Assembly: GCA_963579845.1 (NCBI GenBank)
Contig: CAUZHS010000001.1
Span: forward strand, 71,592-135,591
Length of the DNA stretch: 64,000 nucleotides
From: Dehalococcoidia bacterium
Lineage (GTDB): Bacteria; Chloroflexota; Dehalococcoidia; Lucifugimonadales; Australimonadaceae
Direction of reading: 5' to 3'
Below, piece after piece: positions 10,718 to 19,982 of this stretch (positions within the stretch are counted from its first letter, which is position 1; the number at the start of each line of letters is the position of its first letter). A model generated the notes under the pieces. It made no database searches, was not told the DNA's origin, and saw only the letters and a list, made by a program, of their open reading frames with translations. A program made the translations under genes and the position numbers.

Positions 10718-12405
10718 ACCCTCTCCTCGACCGGCCCTTCCAGCATCTCCGCAACGCTCTCCCCCGCGGGTATGTGTGGAAAGACGTTTTCCTCCGGCTC
10801 GACACTGAAATCGATGAGCGCTGGGCCCGGGTGGGCCATGGCCGCTTCGATGGCGCCGCGAACCTGGTGTTTATCTGCCACCTTCACAGCCCAGATGCCA
10901 AAGGCCTCCGCCAGCTTTACGAAGTCCGGGTTGCCGCTGTATTCCACCGCCACCCGCACCCCATCGAAGAACAGGTCCTGCAGCTGCCGCACCATGCCCA
11001 GCACATTGTTATTTAAAAGGGCAAATTTCACCGGCATTTTATTCTCTACGATTGTGGCCAGCTCCGACATGGTCATCTGGAACCCGCCGTCACCAGCAAC
11101 GCTCCAAACCGTCTTCTCAGGCCGGGCCATCTGAGCGCCCATGGCAGCGGGGACCTCAAAACCCATGGTGCCCAACCCCCCCGACGAAATAAAGCTGTTG
11201 GGCTCCTTGAAAGTGTAGTATTGAGCGGCCCACATCTGATGCTGGCCCACCCCTGTCACCACGATGGCATTGCCGTCCGTCACCTCGGAGAGCTGTTGCA
11301 CAACGTACTGCGGCAGCAGCTTCTCGCTCTGAGGCAGCCTGTCCGATGGGTGCTCTCGACGAAGTTGGTCAATCTCGGCAATCCACTTCGGCCGAGTCGC
11401 GGGCTCAACCTCCTGTACTAAGGCGTGCAGCACCCGTTTGGCATCGCCAACGATGGGTACTTCAACGTGGACGTTTTTTCCCACCTCGGCGGGGTCCACG
11501 TCGATGTGTATCACCTTAGCGTGGGGGGCGAAGGTACTCAGCCGTCCAGTCACTCGGTCATCGAACCGCATGCCCACGGCGATAAGCAGGTCTGCACGGT
11601 CGATGGCGTGATTCACGTAAGCCATGCCGTGCATACCGGGCATACCCAAGCTCAAGACGTGCTCTTCATTGAATCCGCCAATGCCCAGGAGCGTCGTGAT
11701 CACCGGAAGCTGGGCCTTCTCTGCCAGCTCCTGCAACTCGGAATGAGCCCCTGAGATAAGCACACCATGACCCGCCAGTATCAGGGGCTGATGGGCCTCT
11801 CTAATGACCCTGGCGGCCTTCTTCACCATCTGAGAATGGCCCTCCAGAGTGGGGTTGTAGCCCCGCAGTCTGATTGGCTGTTCCGGGTAGTTAAACTCGT
11901 CCCATTCCGTCAGCACGTCCCGTGGAATATCGATGAGCACCGGGCCGGGCCTCCCAGTCCGGGCGATGTGAAAGGCCTCCTTCATAACGTAGGGGAGGTC
12001 CTTGGCATGCATCACCAGGTAGTTGTGCTTAGTGATGGGCAGGGTTATCCCTGTAATGTCCGTCTCCTGAAAAGCGTCGCGACCGATGGCCGCCCTGGAC
12101 ACCTGCCCGGTGATGGCCACTACGGGCACCGAGTCCATCATGGCCGTGGCCAAAGCGGTGACCAGGTTCGTGGCTCCCGGACCCGATGTTGCCACGCACA
12201 CGCCCACCTTGCCCGAAGCACGGGCATAGCCGTCGGCAGCATGGCCAGCGCCTTGCTCATGCCGCACCAACACATGCCGTATCTGAGGGTACTCAGGAAA
12301 GGTCTGGTACAGCGGCAGGATGGCCCCACCGGGCAGCCCAAACATCACGTCGACCCCTTCGCGAAGCAAGCTTTCACACACCATCTGTCCACCGGTCAAC
12401 CGCAT
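10711..12405 (-). CDS. ilvB: Acetolactate synthase large subunit
   Basis: ThDP-binding motif GGLGTMGFEVPAAMGA. The probable start is the ATG at 12405 (MRLTGGQMVCESLLREGVD), preceded by GGTGGGAGAG. The ORF-track start at 12540 adds 45 low-complexity residues. Confidence 0.93.
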   Translation of the reverse strand: MRLTGGQMVCESLLREGVDVMFGLPGGAILPLYQTFPEYPQIRHVLVRHEQGAGHAADGYARASGKVGVCVATSGPGATNLVTALATAMMDSVPVVAITGQVSRAAIGRDAFQETDITGITLPITKHNYLVMHAKDLPYVMKEAFHIARTGRPGPVLIDIPRDVLTEWDEFNYPEQPIRLRGYNPTLEGHSQMVKKAARVIREAHQPLILAGHGVLISGAHSELQELAEKAQLPVITTLLGIGGFNEEHVLSLGMPGMHGMAYVNHAIDRADLLIAVGMRFDDRVTGRLSTFAPHAKVIHIDVDPAEVGKNVHVEVPIVGDAKRVLHALVQEVEPATRPKWIAEIDQLRREHPSDRLPQSEKLLPQYVVQQLSEVTDGNAIVVTGVGQHQMWAAQYYTFKEPNSFISSGGLGTMGFEVPAAMGAQMARPEKTVWSVAGDGGFQMTMSELATIVENKMPVKFALLNNNVLGMVRQLQDLFFDGVRVAVEYSGNPDFVKLAEAFGIWAVKVADKHQVRGAIEAAMAHPGPALIDFSVEPEENVFPHIPAGESVAEMLEGPVEERVW

Positions 12406-12633
12406 CGTATCTCTCCCACCTAGGTTCCCCCTGTACCCACTCGCGGGGGATCGGACGCCATCCTTCATCAAACCTTGGTAAGCCCCACCGCCGGAAACAC
12501 TCTGCCCCTCTTCGACACTCCCTAGGGACACCCCAACCAATCACCCCCCTACCCACCCTCGGCTCCCTTACTGTTCGGTCTAGGTCGCAGACTCGCGACT
12601 TGTCAGAGGCGTGCCCTGGACCTTCCGGGAAAC

Positions 12634-12925
12634 AAAAAATCCCGTCCCCTACAGAAAGGGACGGGACAAGATTCCCGCGGTACCACCCTCATTCCCCCCG
12701 GCCTTGCCAGGAGACAACTCGATGTGCGCCATATCGGTGCGCTCCGCCGCCCTACTACTCGTTCAGGCAGGCCGCTCCGGGACGAGTTCGAGGCGCTTGC
12801 CACCGCCGGCCTCTCACCATTCGCCGGCTCGCTGGGGTGGAGTATCCCCTACTACTTCCCATCCACGCGGATTTCTTATTCAGATGGAAGCTACCACTGG
12901 TAACTCCCGCAACCTTATCAACAGT
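12634..12925 (-). promoter_or_regulatory. T-box riboswitch leader with a Leu (CUC) specifier, controlling the ilv-leu operon
   Basis: All elements below read on the minus strand. The T-box sequence AAUGAGGGUGGUACCGCGGGAAUC is the reverse complement of about 12669..12693. The terminator is UCCCGUCCC-N9-GGGACGGGA followed by U6 (12634..12666). Stem I has an AGCGAG bulge and a distal hairpin GCCGGC-GAAUGGUGAGAG-GCCGGC. The specifier loop reads ...GAA-CUC-G, with CUC the reverse complement of 12784..12786. Confidence 0.85.
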
Positions 12926-12930
12926 ACATA

Positions 12931-12960
12931 ATTTTAGCACGGATTCAAAAAAGACGTCAA
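12931..12960 (-). promoter_or_regulatory. Sigma70-type promoter for the T-box/ilv-leu transcript
   Basis: On the minus strand: TTGACG (12960..12955), an 18-nt spacer, then TAAAAT (12936..12931). Confidence 0.6.
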
Positions 12961-13042
12961 CGAATTCATGTAGCCATCGTATCGCTTGTTCTCCCTCCTC
13001 GTCACCTGTTAGCATTCGCCCACCAAACTGGGCCAGGACAGC

Positions 13043-13759
13043 ATGCACGATTTACGAACCGTTCCACACTCTGCTCAAGCATACGCGCCACCCCTCTGGG
13101 GACCGCGGCAAGTCGGCACTGCCCTCGTAGCGCTCACCGGTGCCGTGATAGCCGGCGGAATCCTTCTCGGCGACCTGTTCGATGAGTCAAGCTCGACTGC
13201 TGGGCTGAGCGCCACGGCCATTCTAGTCGGCTCTCTCATCACCAGCGGATTGCTCCTGGCGGTGAGTTGGTTGTTTGGGCCTCGCGCGGCCCATGGGCCG
13301 CTGTCCAGTTTGGGCTTCACCCAAATACCCGCCTCCAAACTTGTAGGTTACGGACTGCTCACCCTTGTAGGCAGCCTCAGTGTCAGCGTTATTTACCTTA
13401 ATATCGCCCAGTTTATTGGTTCTGACCACCTCCTGCCGCAGCCCATCTCAGGCGAAGTCCCTCTAGGAAATGCCCGGATAGCTAGTTACCTTCTTGTCGC
13501 CGGTCTGGGACCTTTGGCCGAAGAGACCTTCTTCCGGGGATTCCTGCTCGGAGGGCTAGCCCCGGCGTGGGGCTTTTGGCCCGCCGCGCTGGTCAGTTCC
13601 GCCATTTTCTCCGGCGGACACTTGGAGCTGGGACTGCTGGTCCCCTCCTTCTTCAGTGGGTTGCTCTTCGTCTGGGTCTTTTCCAAAACAGGTTCACTCT
13701 GGCCCGTGGTACTGGCCCACGCCGCCCAAAACTTCCTGGCCCTCAGCGCACCGGCATAA
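13043..13759 (+). CDS. CPBP family intramembrane glutamic endopeptidase (CAAX protease/Abi family)
   Basis: Polytopic membrane protein with motifs GPLAEETFFRGFLLGGL, SSAIFSGGHLE and LAHAAQNF. Confidence 0.8.
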   Translation: MHDLRTVPHSAQAYAPPLWGPRQVGTALVALTGAVIAGGILLGDLFDESSSTAGLSATAILVGSLITSGLLLAVSWLFGPRAAHGPLSSLGFTQIPASKLVGYGLLTLVGSLSVSVIYLNIAQFIGSDHLLPQPISGEVPLGNARIASYLLVAGLGPLAEETFFRGFLLGGLAPAWGFWPAALVSSAIFSGGHLELGLLVPSFFSGLLFVWVFSKTGSLWPVVLAHAAQNFLALSAPA

Positions 13760-13762
13760 GTA

Positions 13763-14587
13763 ATGACCAAACGCCTACAAGACGCCCTCGCCCCTCTCAA
13801 AGCAGGACAAAACACCGGGGTTATTCCCTACCTCACCGTGGGCTTTCCCACCGTAGACGATACCCTCGCCTTGGTCCCCGCTCTGGAGGAGGCCGGCGCC
13901 GTCATCATCGAGCTGGGCGTACCTTTCAGCGACCCCATGGCCGAAGGCCCTACCATCCAAGCCTCCAGTTTCCGAGCTCTCCAGCAGGGGGTCACACTCT
14001 CGACCTGTCTGGAGGTATGCACGACCCTTCGAGAACGGGCCGTGCAAGTTCCCCTACTGTTCATGGGTTATTACAACAACGTCTTGGCCCATGGCGTCGA
14101 GCGCTTCGCCCATGACGCCGCCCAGGCAGGCGCCGACGGCGCTATCATCCCAGACCTACCGCCCCAAGAGGCTGGACCTTTGCGGAAGGCCCTCAGAGCC
14201 AACGACCTCTCGCTCATTACCCTGCTTGCCCCCACCAGCACCGACGAGCGCATCGCGCTAGCGTGCAAGGACGCCGAGGGCTTCATCTACTGCGTCAGCG
14301 TCGCTGGTGTCACCGGCGCGCGGCAGGAAATCTCGACAAGTCTCGGCGACTACCTCGCCCGCGTCCGCAAGCACACCACGCTGCCCATCGCCGTGGGGTT
14401 CGGCATCTCAGAACGCCGCCATGTGGAGACGGTCGGCGCCGTCGCCGAGGCCGCCATAGTGGGCAGCAGGCTCATCACCGTGGTAGACTCGGCGCCGCCG
14501 GATCAGCGGGTCAGCAGGGCAAGAGAATTTATCGCCGAGCTCACCGGCAAAGCCCCTATCGCTCGCAGCGAGGACACCCCAGTCTGA
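13763..14587 (+). CDS. trpA: Tryptophan synthase alpha chain
   Basis: 274 aa with motifs ELGVPFSDPMAEGPTIQ and GFGIS. No trpB is adjacent. Confidence 0.9.
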   Translation: MTKRLQDALAPLKAGQNTGVIPYLTVGFPTVDDTLALVPALEEAGAVIIELGVPFSDPMAEGPTIQASSFRALQQGVTLSTCLEVCTTLRERAVQVPLLFMGYYNNVLAHGVERFAHDAAQAGADGAIIPDLPPQEAGPLRKALRANDLSLITLLAPTSTDERIALACKDAEGFIYCVSVAGVTGARQEISTSLGDYLARVRKHTTLPIAVGFGISERRHVETVGAVAEAAIVGSRLITVVDSAPPDQRVSRAREFIAELTGKAPIARSEDTPV

Positions 14588-14961
14588 TGCCCACCATCTG
14601 CCTTGGCATCCGCGGCGCCACCACGGTGGATGCCAACACCAAAGAGGCCATTGTGGACGCAACGGCCGAATTACTGCTGGAGATGACCCACGCCAATGGT
14701 ATTGCGGAAAACGACGTTGCTGCGATATTCTTTACTACAACGCGAGACGTGAACGCTGAGTTTCCCGCGGTGGCAGCCCGAGTGCGGCTGGGCTGGGTGC
14801 AGACGGCGCTCATTAACAGTCACGAGATGGACGTGCCGGACGCGACACCGTCGGTGGTCAGAGTGCTCATCCTGGCCAACACGGACAGGACGAAAGAGAA
14901 TCTAGTCCACGTGTACTTAAAGGGAGCCTCAAATCTGCGCTCCCGCGGAACGGAACGGTAG
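14587..14961 (+). CDS. aroH: Chorismate mutase, AroH class (monofunctional)
   Basis: An internal ATG overlaps the trpA stop (TGATG). The product MPTICLGIRGATTVDANTKEAI...VYLKGASNLR parallels B. subtilis AroH (IRGIRGATTV...). The listed ORF 14263..14961 carries a spurious 5' extension that overlaps trpA. Confidence 0.8.
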   Translation: MPTICLGIRGATTVDANTKEAIVDATAELLLEMTHANGIAENDVAAIFFTTTRDVNAEFPAVAARVRLGWVQTALINSHEMDVPDATPSVVRVLILANTDRTKENLVHVYLKGASNLRSRGTER

Positions 14962-15217
14962 CGATGAAGCGTAACTACCAACCGCATTGGGCGATGAACC
15001 GCCAGGCCACCGGAGTCTGGGCCTTCAACCACGCCCGCCTCTCACCCCTCTTTACGATGCGGGGATACCGACTCTACGCGGATACGCCGATGGCAGGAGG
15101 GACACGCGCTGAGTTGCCCACTCCTCCCCGCCAACGTTAGCGTAGGCATTTAACGTCCGCGTTGGCACCAAACCCAACCATTCCGTTTCCCAAATCTCAG
15201 CTAGAAAGGACTGCGCC

Positions 15218-16279
15218 ATGACGCAATCCATATTTGACGTAAACATTAAGAAAACCCTCTCCCTCATCACACCCCATCAGCTGATGGAGGACCTGCCCAT
15301 TACCCAGAAGGCCACCGAAACGGTCCACCAAGGCCGTCAGGCAATCACGAGCATCCTGCAAGGCGCTGACCCTCGTGCCCTCGTCATCGTCGGCCCCTGC
15401 TCTATCCACGATGAGAAGGCCGGCCTGGAATACGCCCAGCGCCTGGCGGACCTCGCTCACCGGCTCAGCGACCGGATACTGGTGGTCATGCGGGTTTACT
15501 TCGAAAAGCCCCGAACGACTCTGGGCTGGAAGGGACTCATCTACGACCCCATGCTCGACGGCAGCTTCGACATCGAATCGGGGTTGCATCGCGCTCGCGG
15601 GTTCCTACTGAGCCTCGGCGAAATTGGCCTGCCTGCGGCGACGGAATTCCTGGACCCCATCGTGCCACAGTACCTAGCGGATCTGATTTCCTGGGCGGCC
15701 GTGGGCGCCCGCACTGTGGAGAGCCAGACCCATCGCCAGATGGCCAGCGGTCTGAGCATGCCGGTGGGCTTCAAGAACAGCACAGACGGCAGCCCTCAGA
15801 ACGCCGTGGACGCCATCGTCACTGCACGCTCCCCCCACGCTTTTCTCGGCATAGACCGCGACGGCAACACCGCCGTAGTGCTCACCAAGGGCAATCCCAA
15901 CACGCACCTCGTCTTGCGCGGAGGCAAGGGGGGCGCGAATTTCGACGCCTCCACTGTGGCCGAAATCCAGACCCTACTCCAGTCCGCCAACCTTCCGTCC
16001 CAAATCATGGTGGACTGTAGCCATGCCAACTCCGACAAGGACCACACCCGGCAGTACATCGTCTTCCGCGATGTGATCAAGCAACGTCTGGCAGGCAATA
16101 CCGACATCATCGGCTGCATGGTGGAAAGCCACATCCATCCCGGAAACCAGAAGCTCGGCAGCGACCCTTCCAAACTCGAATACGGCGTCTCCATCACCGA
16201 TGCCTGCATCGGGTGGGAGGAGACTGAGATGCTTCTGGGCGAGGCCCACGAACAGCTTGGCGCATTGGCCGTCACCTAA
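15218..16279 (+). CDS. aroG: 3-deoxy-7-phosphoheptulonate (DAHP) synthase, class I alpha
   Basis: 353 aa with motifs GPCSIHD, KPRTTLGWKGLIYDP and DCSHANS. Confidence 0.9.
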   Translation: MTQSIFDVNIKKTLSLITPHQLMEDLPITQKATETVHQGRQAITSILQGADPRALVIVGPCSIHDEKAGLEYAQRLADLAHRLSDRILVVMRVYFEKPRTTLGWKGLIYDPMLDGSFDIESGLHRARGFLLSLGEIGLPAATEFLDPIVPQYLADLISWAAVGARTVESQTHRQMASGLSMPVGFKNSTDGSPQNAVDAIVTARSPHAFLGIDRDGNTAVVLTKGNPNTHLVLRGGKGGANFDASTVAEIQTLLQSANLPSQIMVDCSHANSDKDHTRQYIVFRDVIKQRLAGNTDIIGCMVESHIHPGNQKLGSDPSKLEYGVSITDACIGWEETEMLLGEAHEQLGALAVT

Positions 16280-16288
16280 GGGAGAGCC

Positions 16289-17236
16289 GTGTCCAATCTG
16301 CCACAGGAGCTAGCCCAAGAGCGGCCCAGCGGCCCAGCGGCGGTAACCATGGGTGTGTTCGACGGCGTCCACCTCGGCCATCGCCATCTCATCAGCCACC
16401 TCCATGCCACCGCCATCCGGGAAGGGGCCACCCCGGTCGTCATCACATTCCGTAACCACCCGCTCACCGTGCTCCGGCCTGATATTAAGCTGGCCATGCT
16501 CTCCACCTTGGAGGAACGGCTCGACCTGTTGCACGGCGCAGGCGTCGAACACGTGGCCGCCATCACTTTTGACCGGGACCTCTCATTGCTGTCCGCCAAG
16601 GATTTCATCCTCGCTTTGAAAGAGTCGTTGGGCATGACCCACCTGGTGGTCGGCCCTGACTTTGCCTTGGGCCATCAGCGCTCCGGGACCATTCCCGTGC
16701 TGCAAACCCTCGGTGAAACGCATGGGTTCCCCGTCGAGGTGGCAGACCCGTTCACGCTGGACGGCGCGCCCGTAAACAGCACACGCATCCGGGAAGCCCT
16801 GGCCGCCGGAGAAGTAAGCAAAGCCGCCGCCTGCTTAGACCGATCATTCGCTTTGAACGGCACCGTCCAGCGTGGCGAAGGGCGCGGCGCGGCGCTGGGA
16901 TTTCCCACCGCCAACATCGGCGTAGTGCCTGGTATGGCCGTCCCCGCCGACGGCATCTACGCTGGCTGGCTCCAGATAGGTAGCCGGCGCTGCCAGACCG
17001 CTGCAAGCATTGGCACCAAACCAACGTTCCACGACGATGGCGTTCGGGAGGTCGAGGCCCACGTCCTAGACTTCGACGGCGACCTCTACGGCCATCCCGT
17101 CCGGCTAGAGCTTACCCAACGCATCCGCGAACAGGCCCGATTCGACAATATCGACGCCCTAGTGGCCCAGATGCATCAGGACGTGGCCCAAGTCCGGCGC
17201 CTGCTGGATTCGGCCCGGCTCACTCAGAAGCCGTAA
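16289..17236 (+). CDS. ribF: Bifunctional riboflavin kinase / FMN adenylyltransferase
   Basis: Motif GVFDGVHLGHRHL plus a C-terminal riboflavin kinase domain (PTANI ... GIYA). Confidence 0.9.
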   Translation: MSNLPQELAQERPSGPAAVTMGVFDGVHLGHRHLISHLHATAIREGATPVVITFRNHPLTVLRPDIKLAMLSTLEERLDLLHGAGVEHVAAITFDRDLSLLSAKDFILALKESLGMTHLVVGPDFALGHQRSGTIPVLQTLGETHGFPVEVADPFTLDGAPVNSTRIREALAAGEVSKAAACLDRSFALNGTVQRGEGRGAALGFPTANIGVVPGMAVPADGIYAGWLQIGSRRCQTAASIGTKPTFHDDGVREVEAHVLDFDGDLYGHPVRLELTQRIREQARFDNIDALVAQMHQDVAQVRRLLDSARLTQKP

Positions 17237-17250
17237 GGACATCCAAGACA

Positions 17251-18483
17251 ATGCTAAAAATCGACCCGGCCCTGCTGCACCAGATCACCAAGCGAGGCGT
17301 CGCTAATATCATCGTCGAGTCAGAATTCATCCAGCGTCTGGAAGAGGGCAAGCCCCTGCGTCTTAAAATGGGCTTCGACCCCTCCCGGCCTGACCTACAT
17401 CTAGGCCACGTGGTCGGCCTCCGCAAGCTGCGAGCGCTCCAGGAGCTTGGCCACCAAGTGGTCCTCATCGTCGGCGATTGGACCGCCCAAATCGGCGACC
17501 CCTCGGGCCAGTCCGATACGCGCACCATGCTGAGTGCCAGCGAGGTCAAGGCCAATGCCGAAACCTACATGCGTCAGTTCTTCCGGGTCATCGACCGCGA
17601 GCGCACCGAGGCCGTCTACCAGAGCGAGTGGTTCAACGAGTTCACGCTTGCCAACGTCATCGAACTCACCTCGCTGTTCACCGTCAACCAGTTCCTGCAC
17701 CGGGAGGACTTCGGACGACGCTATGAAGCCGGCCAACCCCTCGCCGTCACGGAGCTTCTCTACCCTCTGCTTCAGGCCTATGACTCCGTGAAGATTCGCG
17801 CCGACGTGGAGTTCGGCGGCAACGACCAGCTCTTCAATTTGCTGGTGGGCAGGGAACTCCAACAGAAGATGGGGCAGCGTCCGCAGCAGTGCTTTATCAT
17901 GCCCTTGATACCCGGCACCGACGGCGTACGTAAGATGAGCAAGTCGTTGGACAATCACATTGCCATCGAGGACCCACCCAACGCCATATTCGGCAAGATC
18001 ATGGCGTTACCCGACAGCGTGCTGCCGCTCTACTTCGAGGTGCTCACCGACATGCCGGAGAAGGAACTGGTGGAGGTGCGCGAGGCCGTGATAGCTACTG
18101 GCGGCAACCTCATGGACCTGAAGAAGCGGCTGGCAGGCGAGATGGTCACGGAGTTCCATTCGGCCCAGGCCGCCCGGGAGGCCGAGACTGAATTTGCGCG
18201 GGTCGTCCAGCACGGCGAAGCGCCCTCCGACGTGTCGGAGGTTAGAGTAACCGTGGCCACTGACGGAGTAAACCAGATTTCCGGCGAAAAGATAATGATT
18301 GACGCCGTGCGGTTTCTTGCTGGGATTGGGCTTGTACCTAGCCGCAGTGAAGCGCGCAGGCTTCTCGACCAAGGCGCAGTAGAATTAAATGGTCAACGAA
18401 TAAAGGAACAGGAAACCGAAGTCGTGTCGGGAAGCATTCTCAAAGTTGGCAGGCGGCGCTATATGCGGATTGTGAGGGGCTGA
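17251..18483 (+). CDS. tyrS: Tyrosine--tRNA ligase
   Basis: HIGH motif (PDLHLGHVVG), KMSKS motif (RKMSKSLDN), and a C-terminal S4 domain (SRSEARRLLDQGAVELNG). Confidence 0.9.
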   Translation: MLKIDPALLHQITKRGVANIIVESEFIQRLEEGKPLRLKMGFDPSRPDLHLGHVVGLRKLRALQELGHQVVLIVGDWTAQIGDPSGQSDTRTMLSASEVKANAETYMRQFFRVIDRERTEAVYQSEWFNEFTLANVIELTSLFTVNQFLHREDFGRRYEAGQPLAVTELLYPLLQAYDSVKIRADVEFGGNDQLFNLLVGRELQQKMGQRPQQCFIMPLIPGTDGVRKMSKSLDNHIAIEDPPNAIFGKIMALPDSVLPLYFEVLTDMPEKELVEVREAVIATGGNLMDLKKRLAGEMVTEFHSAQAAREAETEFARVVQHGEAPSDVSEVRVTVATDGVNQISGEKIMIDAVRFLAGIGLVPSRSEARRLLDQGAVELNGQRIKEQETEVVSGSILKVGRRRYMRIVRG

Positions 18484-18890
18484 TGAAAATTAAGGCCGAA
18501 CGGCCACCCCGCTCCAACGTCCTCCTGATAGGCGATTTACTCGTTTTTATCCTATTCCCCGTCCTGGGAGCGAGCAATCACGAGTCAGCCCTCACCACCG
18601 AGACATTTGTGCGCACCACGCTGACTCTGGCCGTGAGCTGGTACATCGTGGCCACCTTCATCGGCCTCTATGCCAATCGCATCACCCACAGCATCCGCCG
18701 CGTCATGCCGCGCACCCTGCTGGCCTGGGCCATCGCCGGGCCCATCGCCCTCACCACCCGCATCCTGCTCTTCGACCGCCCTTTCGATCTGGCCTTCTCC
18801 CTAGTGGCGCTGGGCGTCACCGGAGCGCTACTGGTGACGTGGCGCGCCGTCTACGCTCTGGTTCCCCGGAAGCGTTCTGCAGAGGACTAG
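18483..18890 (+). CDS. Small polytopic membrane protein, DUF3054-like
   Basis: ATG overlaps the tyrS stop. About four TM helices. The N-terminal pattern LLIGDLLVFILFPVLGASNHE resembles DUF3054. Confidence 0.5.
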   Translation: MKIKAERPPRSNVLLIGDLLVFILFPVLGASNHESALTTETFVRTTLTLAVSWYIVATFIGLYANRITHSIRRVMPRTLLAWAIAGPIALTTRILLFDRPFDLAFSLVALGVTGALLVTWRAVYALVPRKRSAED

Positions 18891-18904
18891 CCCAGCCGTC
18901 ACTC

Positions 18905-18923
18905 CCCTTCCCTTTGGGAAGGG
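18905..18923 (+). terminator. Hairpin after the tyrS-DUF3054 operon
   Basis: CCCTTCCC-TTT-GGGAAGGG, followed by TTAACTT. The U-tract is weak. Confidence 0.45.
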
Positions 18924-19120
18924 TTAACTTGTCGAGCAAAGCTATTTTGAAGGGGAAATCGTTAGAAAAAGTTCAAGCTGCGGCCGCCTCGGCGTCCCCA
19001 GAGAGATCGCAGTGATGGCAACGGTAGTTCAGACCGGGACTCAAATCGACGCAGGGGTGGATTTAAAGATCGAGGCAGGTAAAGAATCTCATCGGCAGGG
19101 ACCTTCTACCGAGGAATAGG

Positions 19121-19960
19121 TTGACACATAAATTGATGCCTGACGAGAATTTAGCAGAATTAGAAATTGTGTATGTCATGGAGGCCTTTGATCGAGGATC
19201 TTCGAAAAAGGATGGCCAATGGGATACCTCCATTGACCTCACCTTATTGGCGAAGAATCTTGGGGACAGATTTGGGAAGGTTTACTCTGAATCGGTCCTG
19301 GAAAATTGGAAGAGCAAATGGCAGACTAGGGTCAGAATTGCGGGGAGGGCGGAGTCAACTGTCCATTGGTTAAGTCCTGGGATTCTAAAAGAAGAAGGTA
19401 TAGAGATGGAGTTGTATGGGCAACTCCGCGAAGTTGAACGCGAGTTAAGAATAGCGTTCCCATCTGAGATTTTCGTCGGAGTGACTATCCGACGGCTGCG
19501 TTGGTGGCAAATGATGCTTCTTGCGCGAGATTTTCCCGGTAATTGGTTAGACGTGATTTACATTGCAGAGCGCTTCCTTACGAGGCAATTAGTTGCTCAA
19601 TACACTGAAACTGCTTTGGATTATGATGATCTCCGGGCCCACCTTAGCTATGCTCCTTGGCGAGGAGGCAAATATGAAAATGCATATCTCGGCGCCATTG
19701 ATTCAGGGTCCATTGTTCCCCTACGGCTGCCAATATCTAATCAATCGGCCTGGAGTGCTGCGTGGGACACAACCACAGTTGCCCCAACGTCGCTACTAAT
19801 GGAGTTCGGCTCTCAATGGCTAGGTGCCAAGCCGTGGCAGCTCCTATCTCAGGCATTTTCGAAAAACGCCGCCGCGGGGAACGGTCAGGTATCTTGGAGT
19901 TTCGGACGGGGAGAAGGTAGACCCCAACTCAACCTGGATTGGGAACCGCCGGTTTTATGA
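19121..19960 (+). CDS. Hypothetical protein, an orphan inside the low-GC island
   Basis: 279 uninterrupted codons in roughly 40-45% GC DNA, where the other five frames are closed. The product is Trp-rich and I recognise no motif. The start is uncertain: TTG 19121, ATG 19136 or ATG 19178. Confidence 0.6.
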   Translation: MTHKLMPDENLAELEIVYVMEAFDRGSSKKDGQWDTSIDLTLLAKNLGDRFGKVYSESVLENWKSKWQTRVRIAGRAESTVHWLSPGILKEEGIEMELYGQLREVERELRIAFPSEIFVGVTIRRLRWWQMMLLARDFPGNWLDVIYIAERFLTRQLVAQYTETALDYDDLRAHLSYAPWRGGKYENAYLGAIDSGSIVPLRLPISNQSAWSAAWDTTTVAPTSLLMEFGSQWLGAKPWQLLSQAFSKNAAAGNGQVSWSFGRGEGRPQLNLDWEPPVL

Positions 19961-19982
19961 GACAGGCTTGCAACCGCCCATG

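Noticed and set aside
12406-12540. N-terminal extensions offered by the ORF track for ilvB. The same applies to leuB up to 4079, leuC up to 7212, sucC from 26735, the C26 amidotransferase up to 49305, and lysA up to 61916.
   Set aside because: The extensions are non-conserved and low-complexity. Internal starts have good SD sequences and match the canonical N-termini of each family.
14964-15140. 58-codon ORF (MKRNYQPHWAMNRQ...) in the aroH-aroG spacer. It contains W, F and Y residues, so I considered it as an aromatic-amino-acid attenuation leader peptide.
   Set aside because: There are no tandem aromatic codons. No terminator or antiterminator hairpins lie downstream. There is no SD. An ORF of that length is expected by chance at this GC content.
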